Assembly (NCBI GenBank): GCA_964633865.1
Contig: CAZWIJ010000009.1
Location: 876-52,044, forward strand
Direction: 5' to 3'
Length of the DNA stretch: 51,169 bases
From: an uncultured Candidatus Saccharibacteria bacterium
Lineage (GTDB): Bacteria > Patescibacteriota > Minisyncoccia > SW-4-49-11
The notes beneath the pieces were generated by a model, which did no database searches, was not told the origin of the DNA, and saw nothing but the letters and a program-made list of their open reading frames with translations. Position 1 is the first letter of the stretch. Every line of letters begins with the position of its first letter. Position numbers and translations under genes: made by a program. Below, one piece after another: positions 28,480 to 37,968 of the stretch.

Positions 28480-29575
28480 TTAATCAATCAAAGCACTATT
28501 GAGAACATTTATTAAATATTCTTTATCCATATCAATCCCAATAAAAACAAGTTTTTGTTCACCCCAAAATTTACCATCATTATTTTTTTTGCCAAGTACC
28601 ATAAGGATCAAAGTTAACAATATTCCCAGAATGATTCCACATAATAGTAAGATCTTTCTAAGCATTAGTACAAGCAAATCCTCTAGATCTTATTATACAA
28701 GTTAATTTATTTGCATGTATAATATTAAGTAGTTTGGAATGATCAAAAATTTTATTTGAAGAAAAAACAAAACTTGAAATTCCATACTCTTCAGTTTCTG
28801 GAGTATGTTCTCCCATTAATTCTTTTAACCATCCAGGGTTCATTTCAGCTTCTGATAAGCTAAATAAATTTGTATTTAATATTTTATCAATACCAATTTC
28901 ACCATTTTTTATTTCATAAATTATTGCATTCGGATTTAGTTTTTGTATGATAGCTTTAATTTTACTTGTATTTTCTTTGGTGGGTAAATCAGTTTTAGAT
29001 AATAAAATCACATTGGTAAATTCGATTTGGTCAGTTATTAAGTGTGAAATATTTCTTGTATCTTCAGGTGAAAGACCAATATCTTTTTTAGCTAAAGTTT
29101 CTTCTGATTGATAATTATCAAAAAAATTTTTGCTATCAATTACGGTAACCATAGTATCAAGATTAGCTATATTCATAAGTTTCTGCCCAAATTCATCTTC
29201 AAAAGTAAATGTTTCAGCAACTGACAAAGGCTCAGAAATACCACTAGATTCAATTATTATGGCATCAAATTTACCTTCTAAAGCAAGTTTCGAAACTTCT
29301 TGTAATAAATCTTCTCTTAATGTACAGCAAATACAACCATTAGACATTTCTATTAATTTTTCTTCAGTTCGATCAAGGGAAACTTCATTGTTTTTTACTA
29401 ATTCTGAGTCGATATTAATTTCACTCATATCATTTACGATAACAGCTACCTTTAACCCCTTTCTATTTTTTAGAATATTATTTAAGACAGTTGTTTTTCC
29501 AGCACCCAAAAAGCCAGATAATACGGTTACAGGAATAGATTTTATTGTTTTATCTAGAGACACTGATGGATTCAT
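28480..29575 (-). pseudogene. COG0523/CobW-family (YciC-like) G3E GTPase metallochaperone with disrupted C-terminal domain
   Basis: LSGFLGAGKTT, IVNDMSEINID, SNGCICCTLR, IESSGISEP. In-frame TAG at 28660-28658, after which the CobW_C-like sequence continues (KDLTIMWNHSG...YGTW). A frameshift in an A8 run (28590-28583) leads into GEQKLVFIGIDMD...ALID. Confidence 0.8.
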
Positions 29576-29592
29576 ATTTATAAATTTATTAA

Positions 29593-29639
29593 TGCAAGTA
29601 ATATGCAATAATAATATAATATATTGTGAAAGTTGTCAA
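29593..29639 (-). promoter_or_regulatory. Promoter plus candidate Fur-family (Zur-like) operator of the COG0523 gene
   Basis: Minus strand TTGACA (29639-29634), 17 bp, TATTAT (29616-29611); TGCA-N7-TGCA imperfect palindrome at 29593-29607. Confidence 0.55.
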
Positions 29640-29643
29640 TTAA

Positions 29644-31509
29644 TTACCAACTACCACCGCCTCCTCCACCAGAACCGCCACCTGATGAACCTCCACCACT
29701 TGATCCAGAAGATGAAGATGTACTAGATTCTCTTATAGAACTAGATATTTTGGATAATCCAGAAGAGAATGAAACCATATTAAAAGCATTTTGAGACTCA
29801 TACCAGTCAGGATTATCCAATAACATATCATCAAAAGCTTTTGTCCATTTATCAACTACTCCTAATGCCATAGCATATGGTAACACATCAAAAAATATAT
29901 TTTCTTTTTCCTGAAATTCTAATCTTCTTTGTTCTGCCTCCACAATATATTTTTTATATCCTAAAATATGCATCCAAGCCTCTATCCCTCTTGGAGTTCT
30001 TCTTGGCATCAAACTTGCTAAGATCATTGATATTACTAAGATTATTATATGGATGACGAAAAATATTGGACTATATTCTAATGAAAATAGCATATAGAAA
30101 ATAATTCCTAAAATAAATATACCCAAATTTATCAAAATAAATAAACCCATATATTTTAATTTTATATTTTCTGGATTATTTTCAAATAGATTTTCTTGTT
30201 TAATTTTATCTTCTAATACTAATTTATCTAACACATTTTTAATTAATAGAAAAGATTTTTTAGCTTTTAATTCTAATATTGTAATTTCTTGAGACTCTTT
30301 AAATAAAGTTTTTAAAATTAGTTTCTCGTATTCTGATAAACTTTGGTCTGATTCAAAGTCAGGTTTTTGACAAATCAATTGATACTCTTTACTAGATAAC
30401 ATATTTAGGAACCGATTCTCTTTTTTATTATTCTCATTATTAGTATTTAAGTTGATAAAAGGTTTAATTTGAACTGCAATTTGCTCAATTGGATTTAGCT
30501 CTATTTCTTTTATATTTAGGAATCCTTTTACTGCTAGATCTAAAATTGTAGATGTAATCTCATCTATAGTGTAAAAATTAGTGTTTACTCTAGCAACTTC
30601 AGCTGGTTTCAAACCTAAAGGAGCATCATATTCTACCAAAATTCTATTTTTGTCTATTTTATCTCTTCCTTTTTTAAACCAAATTACTAACATTATTGTT
30701 ATAGAAAATATTTGTATCAAAAGTAAGAAAATATCAGCAAATAAATTTTGTTTAGGTTCTTTTACCGAACTAATATAATTCTCTGCAATAATCCCTCTAG
30801 GAAATCCTACAGCTATAGAAAGACCTTTTTGATTACCAAAAATTTCATTACTAGTGAAATTTATCTCAGAAAATTCATTATTCAAATTATTTGTATAAGT
30901 ACAATTCTGTTCCTTAGAATCAAATACTCCTGTATAGCAGGATATCTGTAATAGATTCTGATCTAATTTTGCTGGAAATATTAATTTTACAGAAACTTTT
31001 TTTATAGGAATATTCCAATCATTACCTATAGCATTCCAATAAATCTCATCTATATCTGGATTTATATTTGGATTATATCTAATAGCTCCACTACCACTCA
31101 CCGTATATTCTATCTCATAATTATATATTCCTGGATTTAGATAAACATTAGGATCACCGATTCTAATATTATAATTTTTGGAGTCTTCTGTAAGTTTGAA
31201 TGGATAATTATTTTTTCCATTCATTGATACATTAATATTTGTAATATCAATATCAAAAACATCTCCATCTATTGACCTCGGAGATTGTTTATTTATATCT
31301 CTGAATATACCTCTTTTAGTATTATCTGGCATATTATAGGTGATATTTTCTTTGACTGTCAGAGTTCTTTCAGGATTAACTTTTATTTCTACGGTATATT
31401 CTTTTATATATTCTGTATTTTCTATGGCTTGTGTATTCTGGAAAGGAATAAATAGAAAAATTAATAAGAATAATTTTGTAAAAAGTATAGAGAAGTAATT
31501 TTGTTTCAT
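29644..31509 (-). CDS. DUF2207 family membrane protein
   Basis: Likely start MKQNY at 31509; VKENITY...RGIFR, DEIYWNAIG.DW, TILDLAVKG, LPYAMALGV, terminal GGGSGGGGGGSW; TGCTATAAT promoter at 31558-31550. Confidence 0.9.
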   Translation of the reverse strand: MKQNYFSILFTKLFLLIFLFIPFQNTQAIENTEYIKEYTVEIKVNPERTLTVKENITYNMPDNTKRGIFRDINKQSPRSIDGDVFDIDITNINVSMNGKNNYPFKLTEDSKNYNIRIGDPNVYLNPGIYNYEIEYTVSGSGAIRYNPNINPDIDEIYWNAIGNDWNIPIKKVSVKLIFPAKLDQNLLQISCYTGVFDSKEQNCTYTNNLNNEFSEINFTSNEIFGNQKGLSIAVGFPRGIIAENYISSVKEPKQNLFADIFLLLIQIFSITIMLVIWFKKGRDKIDKNRILVEYDAPLGLKPAEVARVNTNFYTIDEITSTILDLAVKGFLNIKEIELNPIEQIAVQIKPFINLNTNNENNKKENRFLNMLSSKEYQLICQKPDFESDQSLSEYEKLILKTLFKESQEITILELKAKKSFLLIKNVLDKLVLEDKIKQENLFENNPENIKLKYMGLFILINLGIFILGIIFYMLFSLEYSPIFFVIHIIILVISMILASLMPRRTPRGIEAWMHILGYKKYIVEAEQRRLEFQEKENIFFDVLPYAMALGVVDKWTKAFDDMLLDNPDWYESQNAFNMVSFSSGLSKISSSIRESSTSSSSGSSGGGSSGGGSGGGGGGSW

Positions 31510-31664
31510 AGATTTAAGTTGCATTTATGTTTAAAAATTATATACATACATTATAGCATATATAGAATAAAATTATTTTTTGAGAGATGGTTTGTATATT
31601 CTCTTTACACACTAAAAATAAAAGCATATAATATTAATAGCAGTATACTTAAATCTATAAAAAT

Positions 31665-32555
31665 ATGTTAAAAATAATAAATCTAAGTAAGAATTTTGGT
31701 GAAAATAAAGTTTTAGACAATATAAATTTTGAAGTACCAGAAGGAACAATTTTTGGTTTATTAGGACCTAATGGAGCTGGAAAAACCACTTTATTAAGAA
31801 TAATAAATAGAATTTATTTAGCAAATGAAGGGAGAATTTTATGGAAAGATATAAAAATTTCAGATGAATTTATAGCAAAAAATACAGCTTACTTACCAGA
31901 AGAGAGAGGTCTATACCCAAAGATGACTGTGATTGATAATATAAAATATTTTGCTCAAATAAGAGGTCTTAAAAATGATAAGAATTTAGATAAAAAAATT
32001 CGGGAATTTATGGAAGATCTTAGTATTAGTGATAAAAATAACGTTCAGTTACAGAAATTATCTAAAGGAATGCAACAAAAAATTCAAATTATAGCTAGTC
32101 TATTACATAATCCGGATTTAATAATGTTAGACGAACCTTTTTCTGGCCTAGATCCAATTAATTCACAAAAATTAAAATTTATTTTGAAAGATCTAGCAAA
32201 AAAAGGTAAAACTGTTGTTTTTTCTTCTCATAGGATGGAACAAGTAGAAGAGTTGTGTCAAGAAATAGCATTGATTAATAAGGGAAAAGTAGTCCTTAAT
32301 GGTAAGGTAGATCAAATAAAAGAGAAGTATAAAGAAAGTGTTTATTATATAAAAACAAAACAGAATATTGACAATATTGATATAAATATAAAAATTTTAG
32401 AGAAATTAGATAATTCAATTAAATTTAAACTATTAGAAAATCAAGATTTAAATCAAACTTTAAGATATTTTTTTGATGAGTATCAAATATTAGAGTTTAG
32501 AGAAATTTTCCCAAGTATAGAAGAGATATTTGTAAAAGTAGTTAATAAAAAATAA
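31665..32555 (+). CDS. ABC-2 exporter ATP-binding subunit (NatA/YhaQ-like)
   Basis: GPNGAGKTT, YLPEERGLY, LSKGMQQK, LDEPFSGLDP, SSH. Confidence 0.93.
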   Translation: MLKIINLSKNFGENKVLDNINFEVPEGTIFGLLGPNGAGKTTLLRIINRIYLANEGRILWKDIKISDEFIAKNTAYLPEERGLYPKMTVIDNIKYFAQIRGLKNDKNLDKKIREFMEDLSISDKNNVQLQKLSKGMQQKIQIIASLLHNPDLIMLDEPFSGLDPINSQKLKFILKDLAKKGKTVVFSSHRMEQVEELCQEIALINKGKVVLNGKVDQIKEKYKESVYYIKTKQNIDNIDINIKILEKLDNSIKFKLLENQDLNQTLRYFFDEYQILEFREIFPSIEEIFVKVVNKK

Positions 32556-32556
32556 T

Positions 32557-33828
32557 ATGAATAATTTTTGGTTGGTATTTAAAAGAGAATATTTATTTAG
32601 AATAAAAAACAAATGGTTTTGGATCACGACTTTTATGATACCATTGGGAATTCTATTAATATATTTGATTCCAATTTTATTAATTTCATTTGGTGAACAA
32701 TCTAAAACAAAATTACTTTTACTTAATAGTGAGAAATATTTAAAAGAAGAACAAATTAAACCTCAATCTAAAAATTTAAGTGTAGATAAAGTTGAGGGTA
32801 GTTTAGATGAGGCTAAATCTAAAGTTAATAAAGAAGATTCAGATATTAATGCATTAGTGGATTTTGACACAATTAATCCTGAAGAAAATAACTATAATGT
32901 TAAAGTTTTGTCAAAAGATACTTTATCTCTTGGACAAGAGACAGATATAAAAATTTACTTAGATAGTGTATTACAACAACTTAAATTACAGAATGAAAAT
33001 ATACCCTTAGATCAAGCTATTAGATTAAATACTCCAATAAATCCAGTTTTTGAATCTTTGGAATCTAGTAATCCTACAGCTAATCAGGCCTATGTCTTAG
33101 CTTATGGTGCAGGATTTATAATGTATTTTATACTGATATATTATGGTACAAATGTAATGCAGAGTATCCAAGAGGAAAAAAGGAACAGAATAGTAGAAAT
33201 ATTATTAACAGCAATAAATCCAATGGACTTGTTATTTGGTAAGATTTTAGGAGTAATTTCTTTGGGAGTGACTCAAATTTTACTTTGGATATCATTTTTA
33301 ATTATTTCTATACCAGTTTTATCCATTATATTTAGATCCGAAGCAGATCAGATTTTAACTCAGAATACTGGTATAATAGATCAAATAAAATTAATATCAG
33401 AAAATTTAAATTTGATTACATTCTTACCTATATTCTTTATTTTTTTACTGTTAGGAGTGATTCTATATGCTGGATTATTTGCGATAATATCTGTCAGTGT
33501 AGATAATGAAGCTGATATGCAAGCATTTTCAGGTCTAGCAGTTATCCCAATTGTAATAGGATTTATGATGTCTCTTAGTATAGTTATGAACCCTAATACT
33601 AACTTAGCAATAATTTCTTCTATGATCCCATTTATTTCTCCTTTGACAATGATAGCTAGAATACCATTCGGAGTTCCTATTTGGCAAATAATTTTGTCAA
33701 TGATTATATTATTAATATCAGCTATATTTGCAATTTGGATAGCTTCTAAAATATATAAGATAGGAGTTTTACTTTATGGGGAAAAACTTTCTTGGAAGCA
33801 TATAAAAATTATTTTTAATAAACAATAG
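32557..33828 (+). CDS. ABC-2 exporter permease (NatB/YhaP-like)
   Basis: FKREY start, EEKRNRIVEILL, GKILG, six TM segments, IPFISPLTMIAR, KIYKIGVLLYG. Confidence 0.9.
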   Translation: MNNFWLVFKREYLFRIKNKWFWITTFMIPLGILLIYLIPILLISFGEQSKTKLLLLNSEKYLKEEQIKPQSKNLSVDKVEGSLDEAKSKVNKEDSDINALVDFDTINPEENNYNVKVLSKDTLSLGQETDIKIYLDSVLQQLKLQNENIPLDQAIRLNTPINPVFESLESSNPTANQAYVLAYGAGFIMYFILIYYGTNVMQSIQEEKRNRIVEILLTAINPMDLLFGKILGVISLGVTQILLWISFLIISIPVLSIIFRSEADQILTQNTGIIDQIKLISENLNLITFLPIFFIFLLLGVILYAGLFAIISVSVDNEADMQAFSGLAVIPIVIGFMMSLSIVMNPNTNLAIISSMIPFISPLTMIARIPFGVPIWQIILSMIILLISAIFAIWIASKIYKIGVLLYGEKLSWKHIKIIFNKQ

Positions 33829-33832
33829 AGAG

Positions 33833-33878
33833 TTTCTTGTCCGTGATAATTGACAAGAAATATATTTGGTGGTATGAT
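33833..33878 (+). promoter_or_regulatory. Promoter of gene 33914 with an inverted repeat overlapping its -35
   Basis: tttcttgtc (33833-33841) / gacaagaaa (33852-33860); TTGACA 33850-33855, 17 bp, TG-g-TATGAT 33870-33878. Confidence 0.6.
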
Positions 33879-33913
33879 TTTTTTGTAAAATAAAAACCAA
33901 AATTACAATTAGT

Positions 33914-34126
33914 ATGACAAAAAAATCTAAATCTGATCCAAAATTGGTTGAATTTTTCCTAAAACCAGAAACTCTTTTGGTTATAGGTATATTGCTAGCT
34001 GTGATTAGTCCAGCTTTGGCTTATATGGCTATTAATAATCTATTGATAGCACTTATGCCATTAATCTCTATATGTATTCCAATTTTATTTTTTTACTTTG
34101 TTTTTAAGTTGATTTTTAAAAAGTAA
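33914..34126 (+). CDS. Small two-TM membrane protein
   Basis: 70-aa ORF with two hydrophobic stretches, its own promoter and a terminator. Confidence 0.6.
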   Translation: MTKKSKSDPKLVEFFLKPETLLVIGILLAVISPALAYMAINNLLIALMPLISICIPILFFYFVFKLIFKK

Positions 34127-34137
34127 AGTAGAATCAT

Positions 34138-34172
34138 TATTCTCTATATTAATTTTATAGAGAATATTTTTT
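34138..34172 (+). terminator. Intrinsic terminator
   Basis: tattctctata-ttaattt-tatagagaata followed by T6. Confidence 0.75.
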
Positions 34173-34215
34173 ACTCAGTGTATAAAAATATGTTAATAGG
34201 TTTACAATAAAAAAG

Positions 34216-34244
34216 TTGATAATTCTTGAGATATGGTTTATAAT
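34216..34244 (+). promoter_or_regulatory. rnpB promoter
   Basis: TTGATA (34216-34221), 17 bp, TATAAT (34239-34244), a few bases before the P1 helix. Confidence 0.75.
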
Positions 34245-34249
34245 AAGTA

Positions 34250-34582
34250 AAGTCAAAGATTTAGATAGTTACATATAATCTTGTATTATATGAGGAAAGT
34301 CTGGACACCTCTTAAATAATTTAAGAAATGATAATGGGAGAGAGCCCCATCACTTATCTTATAGATAAGTAGGGGCAGTGTCGCAGAAACAAAACATTTT
34401 GGGGAGACCTAATCTAAGGTGAAAAGAGATAAACCCTATCAGGTGCAAGGTCGTGCTTCTTGCATAAAGAGAAGAGAACCGCAAAGAATATTTTGGTAAC
34501 AAAATATCAAGATAAATTACTATCGCTTAATAAAGTAACACATATATTAAGTACAGAATCCAGCTTATAAAATCTTTGACTT
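34250..34582 (+). ncRNA. rnpB: RNase P RNA (compact bacterial type, ~333 nt)
   Basis: P1 aagtcaaagattt/aaatctttgactt; CR-I GAGGAAAGTCTGG; CAGTGTCGCAGAAA; GTGAAA; TAAACCC...GTGCAAG; AGATAAAT; CR-V ACAGAATCCAGCTTA pairing with CR-I. Confidence 0.93.
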
Positions 34583-34604
34583 ATGTGTTATCTAATTAAA
34601 TAAT

Positions 34605-36014
34605 ATGAATAAATTTGAACTTAGCTTTAATATATTTAGAATCCCAGTTGACCTATTTACAATTTTTTTATCAGCTTGGATAGCTTTTATAATTAGAACA
34701 TCTGATACTCTAACTGATATTAGACCAATTCTCTATACATTAGAGATGCAAGAGTATATGTATTTTGTGATAATATTCAGTGCTATTACATTTGTAATGA
34801 TGGCAACTACTGGTTTATACTCAATTACTGTAGGAAAAGGCGTATTATCAGAATTGTACAGTATATTTAGCTCTATTTCTACCTCAATTCTAATAGTTAT
34901 TTTGTATTACTTTTTTTATTCTAGAGATGTTTTTTCATCTAGATTTTTTATTATAGCATTATGGTTCTTTACTATAGTTTTACTTTTTGTTAATAGAATG
35001 ATTATAAGGTATATTCAATCTATCTTTATAGAAAGATATAAATTAGGAATCAACAAAGTAGCTTTAATTCTTGGTAGTTCTTCAGGAGAATCACTTTATA
35101 ACTATATTATAGAAAACCCAGATACAGGTTATAAGGTTGTTTATCATGATAAAAAATTTGATCAAGCCAAATTGTCAGAACTAGCTAAATCTAAGAAAAT
35201 TAACACAGTTATCCTAACAAAACAAGATTATTCTTTATCTGAACAAATTCTTATTAATGATTTTTGTGATGAATATAAATTAGATTTTCAATATATTCCA
35301 AATACTTTTGATACATATAAAATTGACATTAGAACTTTAGCTGGAGTTATTTTATTTAGAGTTAAGAGAACTACTTTAGAGGGTTGGGGAAGTGTTATTA
35401 AAAGAATATTTGATATTGTATTTGCTATGATATTTATTATTGTTTTTTCTCCACTGTATATTTTAACAGCAATTTTAATAAAGTTGGAGTCAAAAGGACC
35501 TGTATTTTATAAGTCAATAAGAGTAGGTCCAAATAATAAAAATTTTGCAGTTTATAAATTTAGAAGTATGTATCAGGAGTTATGCACAGATGAGTCTGAT
35601 CCAAAGAGTATAGAGTTAGAACAAAAATTATTAAAAGAAAAAGGTACAAAATCAGGTCCTGTAAATAAAATTAAAGATGATCCCAGAGTTACCAAGGTAG
35701 GTAAATTTATAAGAAAAACAAGTATAGATGAATTACCTCAATTTTTTAATGTTTTAATTGGAAATATGAGTGTTGTTGGCCCAAGACCTCATCAGCCAAG
35801 AGAAGTTTCTCAATATGAAAAACATCATAAAAAAGTTTTGACAATAAAGCCAGGTATTACAGGAATGGCTCAGGTTAATGGTAGATCAGATCTTTCTTTT
35901 GATGAAGAAGTATTATATGATACTTTTTATATTGAGAACTGGAATATAATTTTAGATTTAATTATTATAATAAAAACACCTTTAGCAATATTTGGTGAAA
36001 GAAAAGCAGATTGA
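34605..36014 (+). CDS. Polyprenyl-phosphate glycosylphosphotransferase (WcaJ/WbaP-type priming transferase)
   Basis: Four N-terminal TM segments, KRIFDI, YKFRSM, DDPRVTKVGKFIRKTSIDELPQFFNVLIGNMSVVGPRP, KPGITGMAQV. Confidence 0.95.
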   Translation: MNKFELSFNIFRIPVDLFTIFLSAWIAFIIRTSDTLTDIRPILYTLEMQEYMYFVIIFSAITFVMMATTGLYSITVGKGVLSELYSIFSSISTSILIVILYYFFYSRDVFSSRFFIIALWFFTIVLLFVNRMIIRYIQSIFIERYKLGINKVALILGSSSGESLYNYIIENPDTGYKVVYHDKKFDQAKLSELAKSKKINTVILTKQDYSLSEQILINDFCDEYKLDFQYIPNTFDTYKIDIRTLAGVILFRVKRTTLEGWGSVIKRIFDIVFAMIFIIVFSPLYILTAILIKLESKGPVFYKSIRVGPNNKNFAVYKFRSMYQELCTDESDPKSIELEQKLLKEKGTKSGPVNKIKDDPRVTKVGKFIRKTSIDELPQFFNVLIGNMSVVGPRPHQPREVSQYEKHHKKVLTIKPGITGMAQVNGRSDLSFDEEVLYDTFYIENWNIILDLIIIIKTPLAIFGERKAD

Positions 36015-36077
36015 ATATTACAAAATAAAAAAATATGATATAATTATATTATTAACTACAGAATAAAATAGAAATTA

Positions 36078-37205
36078 ATGAATACAAGAATATCAACCAT
36101 AAGAAATGATAAATTTAATAGTGAAATAAATTCTTTAAATGAAGAAATAGATGAATTAGAAATTATTAGAGATGCTATTAGAGATTATAATTTATTATCT
36201 TATCAGTTAAAGAATTCTATTAATAAAAAATCAAAAGATATTCTGTATTATGAATATTTAGAGAAAAAAGTTTGGGATTTATTATCAAATTTAGCTAAAA
36301 AATATAATGCACATATAGATTCCTTAGATGATATTCATAAACTAGAATTTGATCTTGGTAAGATAAAAAGTAGATTAGAGATTGGAGCTGATGATCAAGT
36401 AACTCATGTTAAATTTAATAATGAAAAAATACCACTTTATAGTAACAGGAATAATTACAAATTATTTATAAATGGGCTTAGGCCTATGAAAGTTTTAATT
36501 GTAGATGATAAGCTAAAGAAAACGAAGATAGCTTATCCAATTTTGGGTATAAATATGGAAACACCTGAATTCATTCAGAACAGATTAAAAATGTCAAATT
36601 TAGAAAAAAAAGTATATGATGAGAATAATCTAGAAAAAGATGATATATCTAATAAAAAATCAATTAATCTTACAAAAACTAATAAAGGAATTAACAATAT
36701 TTTAAGATCTAGCTTTTTAAAATCTTCACTAATTGATTTAAAGAAGAAAAAGGTTGAACCTAAAATAGAAGAAATAGAGACAGTTAAAGAATTAGATATT
36801 AATTTAATTTTATCTAAAATTAATAATAATCCAATCAAAGTTGGTCCAAGACAAAAAATTTTAAGTGCACTAGAGATTTATTTGGATAATTTATTTGGTG
36901 AAAATCAATATCCTTCCTATTTGGCAAAAGAGATTTTAGATGATTATATTGTTCACAATAAATCTGGTCAAAAATGGCTTTATAACTTAATCTTAAATAA
37001 TAATTATAGTCTTGAAATTAGAAATTTACTTATTAAATATAATATCAGAAGCTCACTAGATATTAGAAATATTTTTATTACTAAGAATGGTAGTATCAAT
37101 ACTCAAATATTTTGGTTTAAGTTACATTCTCTAACATCTGGTACAATATTAGATAATATTTCAGATTCAATAACAAAAATAATTAAAAGAGAGTTTTTAG
37201 TATAA
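36078..37205 (+). CDS. Hypothetical soluble Lys/Asn/Ile-rich protein
   Basis: 375-aa ORF with TGATATAAT at 36036-36044; no family recognised. Confidence 0.6.
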   Translation: MNTRISTIRNDKFNSEINSLNEEIDELEIIRDAIRDYNLLSYQLKNSINKKSKDILYYEYLEKKVWDLLSNLAKKYNAHIDSLDDIHKLEFDLGKIKSRLEIGADDQVTHVKFNNEKIPLYSNRNNYKLFINGLRPMKVLIVDDKLKKTKIAYPILGINMETPEFIQNRLKMSNLEKKVYDENNLEKDDISNKKSINLTKTNKGINNILRSSFLKSSLIDLKKKKVEPKIEEIETVKELDINLILSKINNNPIKVGPRQKILSALEIYLDNLFGENQYPSYLAKEILDDYIVHNKSGQKWLYNLILNNNYSLEIRNLLIKYNIRSSLDIRNIFITKNGSINTQIFWFKLHSLTSGTILDNISDSITKIIKREFLV

Positions 37206-37227
37206 TCAAAGTAAAATATAAGCACCT

Positions 37228-37256
37228 TTGACAAAAATCATTATTTGTGATATAAT
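37228..37256 (+). promoter_or_regulatory. Consensus sigma70 promoter of the wzz-wzy genes
   Basis: TTGACA (37228-37233), 17 bp, TG-a-TATAAT (37248-37256). Confidence 0.8.
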
Positions 37257-37297
37257 CTTGACATATTTTGATTTATATTATTTAAGGGAATATTATT

Positions 37298-37963
37298 ATG
37301 ACTATAAGTACAACACAAGATTTTTTCGCTAAAATCCAAAAAAACATATCCAAAGTTATAATATACACTCTATTTTTTACTTTAATTTCTGTAGGTATTA
37401 CTTTGATTTTACCTAAGGAATATGTCTCAACTTCAACTTTATTATTAAAGCAGAACTTAGATTTAACTCAAGATCCTTACACATTAGAAAGATCTATTGA
37501 TAATAGAATTTCTACTTTAGAGAATTTATTATATACAGATTCAACTTATGCTATTTTAGTTGAAAATAATGGATTATTCAAAGATGAATTTAACATAACT
37601 GATATAGAAAAAAGACGAAAAGCTTTTCAAAAAGATATAAAATTTAAAGCTGAGGGTGGGGGATTTTTTTCAACTCTTGTTTATAATGAAGATCCCAAAA
37701 AATCACTTGAAATGAGCTATGCTCTAAATACAGTTTTGACTAGAATAGTTCAAGATAATATATCTAAAGATTTATCGCTTCAGATTGTGAATGCTCCTTT
37801 TACAAAGAAAGATTTAGGTAGGCCAAATATATTTTTGAATATATTTTCTGGAATGACTGTAGGATTTATTTTTGGAGTAATAGCGGTTGTTTTAGCTGAA
37901 ACTAAATCTAAGAAAGAGATAGAAGAATTTAATTTTAATGATTTAACTAAGATTGAAGAATAA
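37298..37963 (+). CDS. Polysaccharide chain-length determinant (Wzz/CapA-like)
   Basis: N-terminal TM followed by LPKEYVSTSTLLL; C-terminal RPNIFLNIFSG...TM. Confidence 0.75.
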   Translation: MTISTTQDFFAKIQKNISKVIIYTLFFTLISVGITLILPKEYVSTSTLLLKQNLDLTQDPYTLERSIDNRISTLENLLYTDSTYAILVENNGLFKDEFNITDIEKRRKAFQKDIKFKAEGGGFFSTLVYNEDPKKSLEMSYALNTVLTRIVQDNISKDLSLQIVNAPFTKKDLGRPNIFLNIFSGMTVGFIFGVIAVVLAETKSKKEIEEFNFNDLTKIEE

Positions 37964-37968
37964 TTTTG

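Noticed and set aside
28658-28660. Genome-wide TAG recoding or genetic code 25
   Set aside because: TAG ends genes at the expected family length (8319, 17216, 33828, 41393) and TGA ends others (9441, 15372, 36014). Core genes are uninterrupted in code 11.
28480-28677. 65-aa ORF as a separate gene
   Set aside because: Only its last ~35 residues are meaningful. They are the frameshifted C-terminus of the COG0523 protein.
29130-30951. Plus-strand ORFs of 198, 65 and 67 aa
   Set aside because: They are antisense to the well-supported COG0523 and DUF2207 genes.
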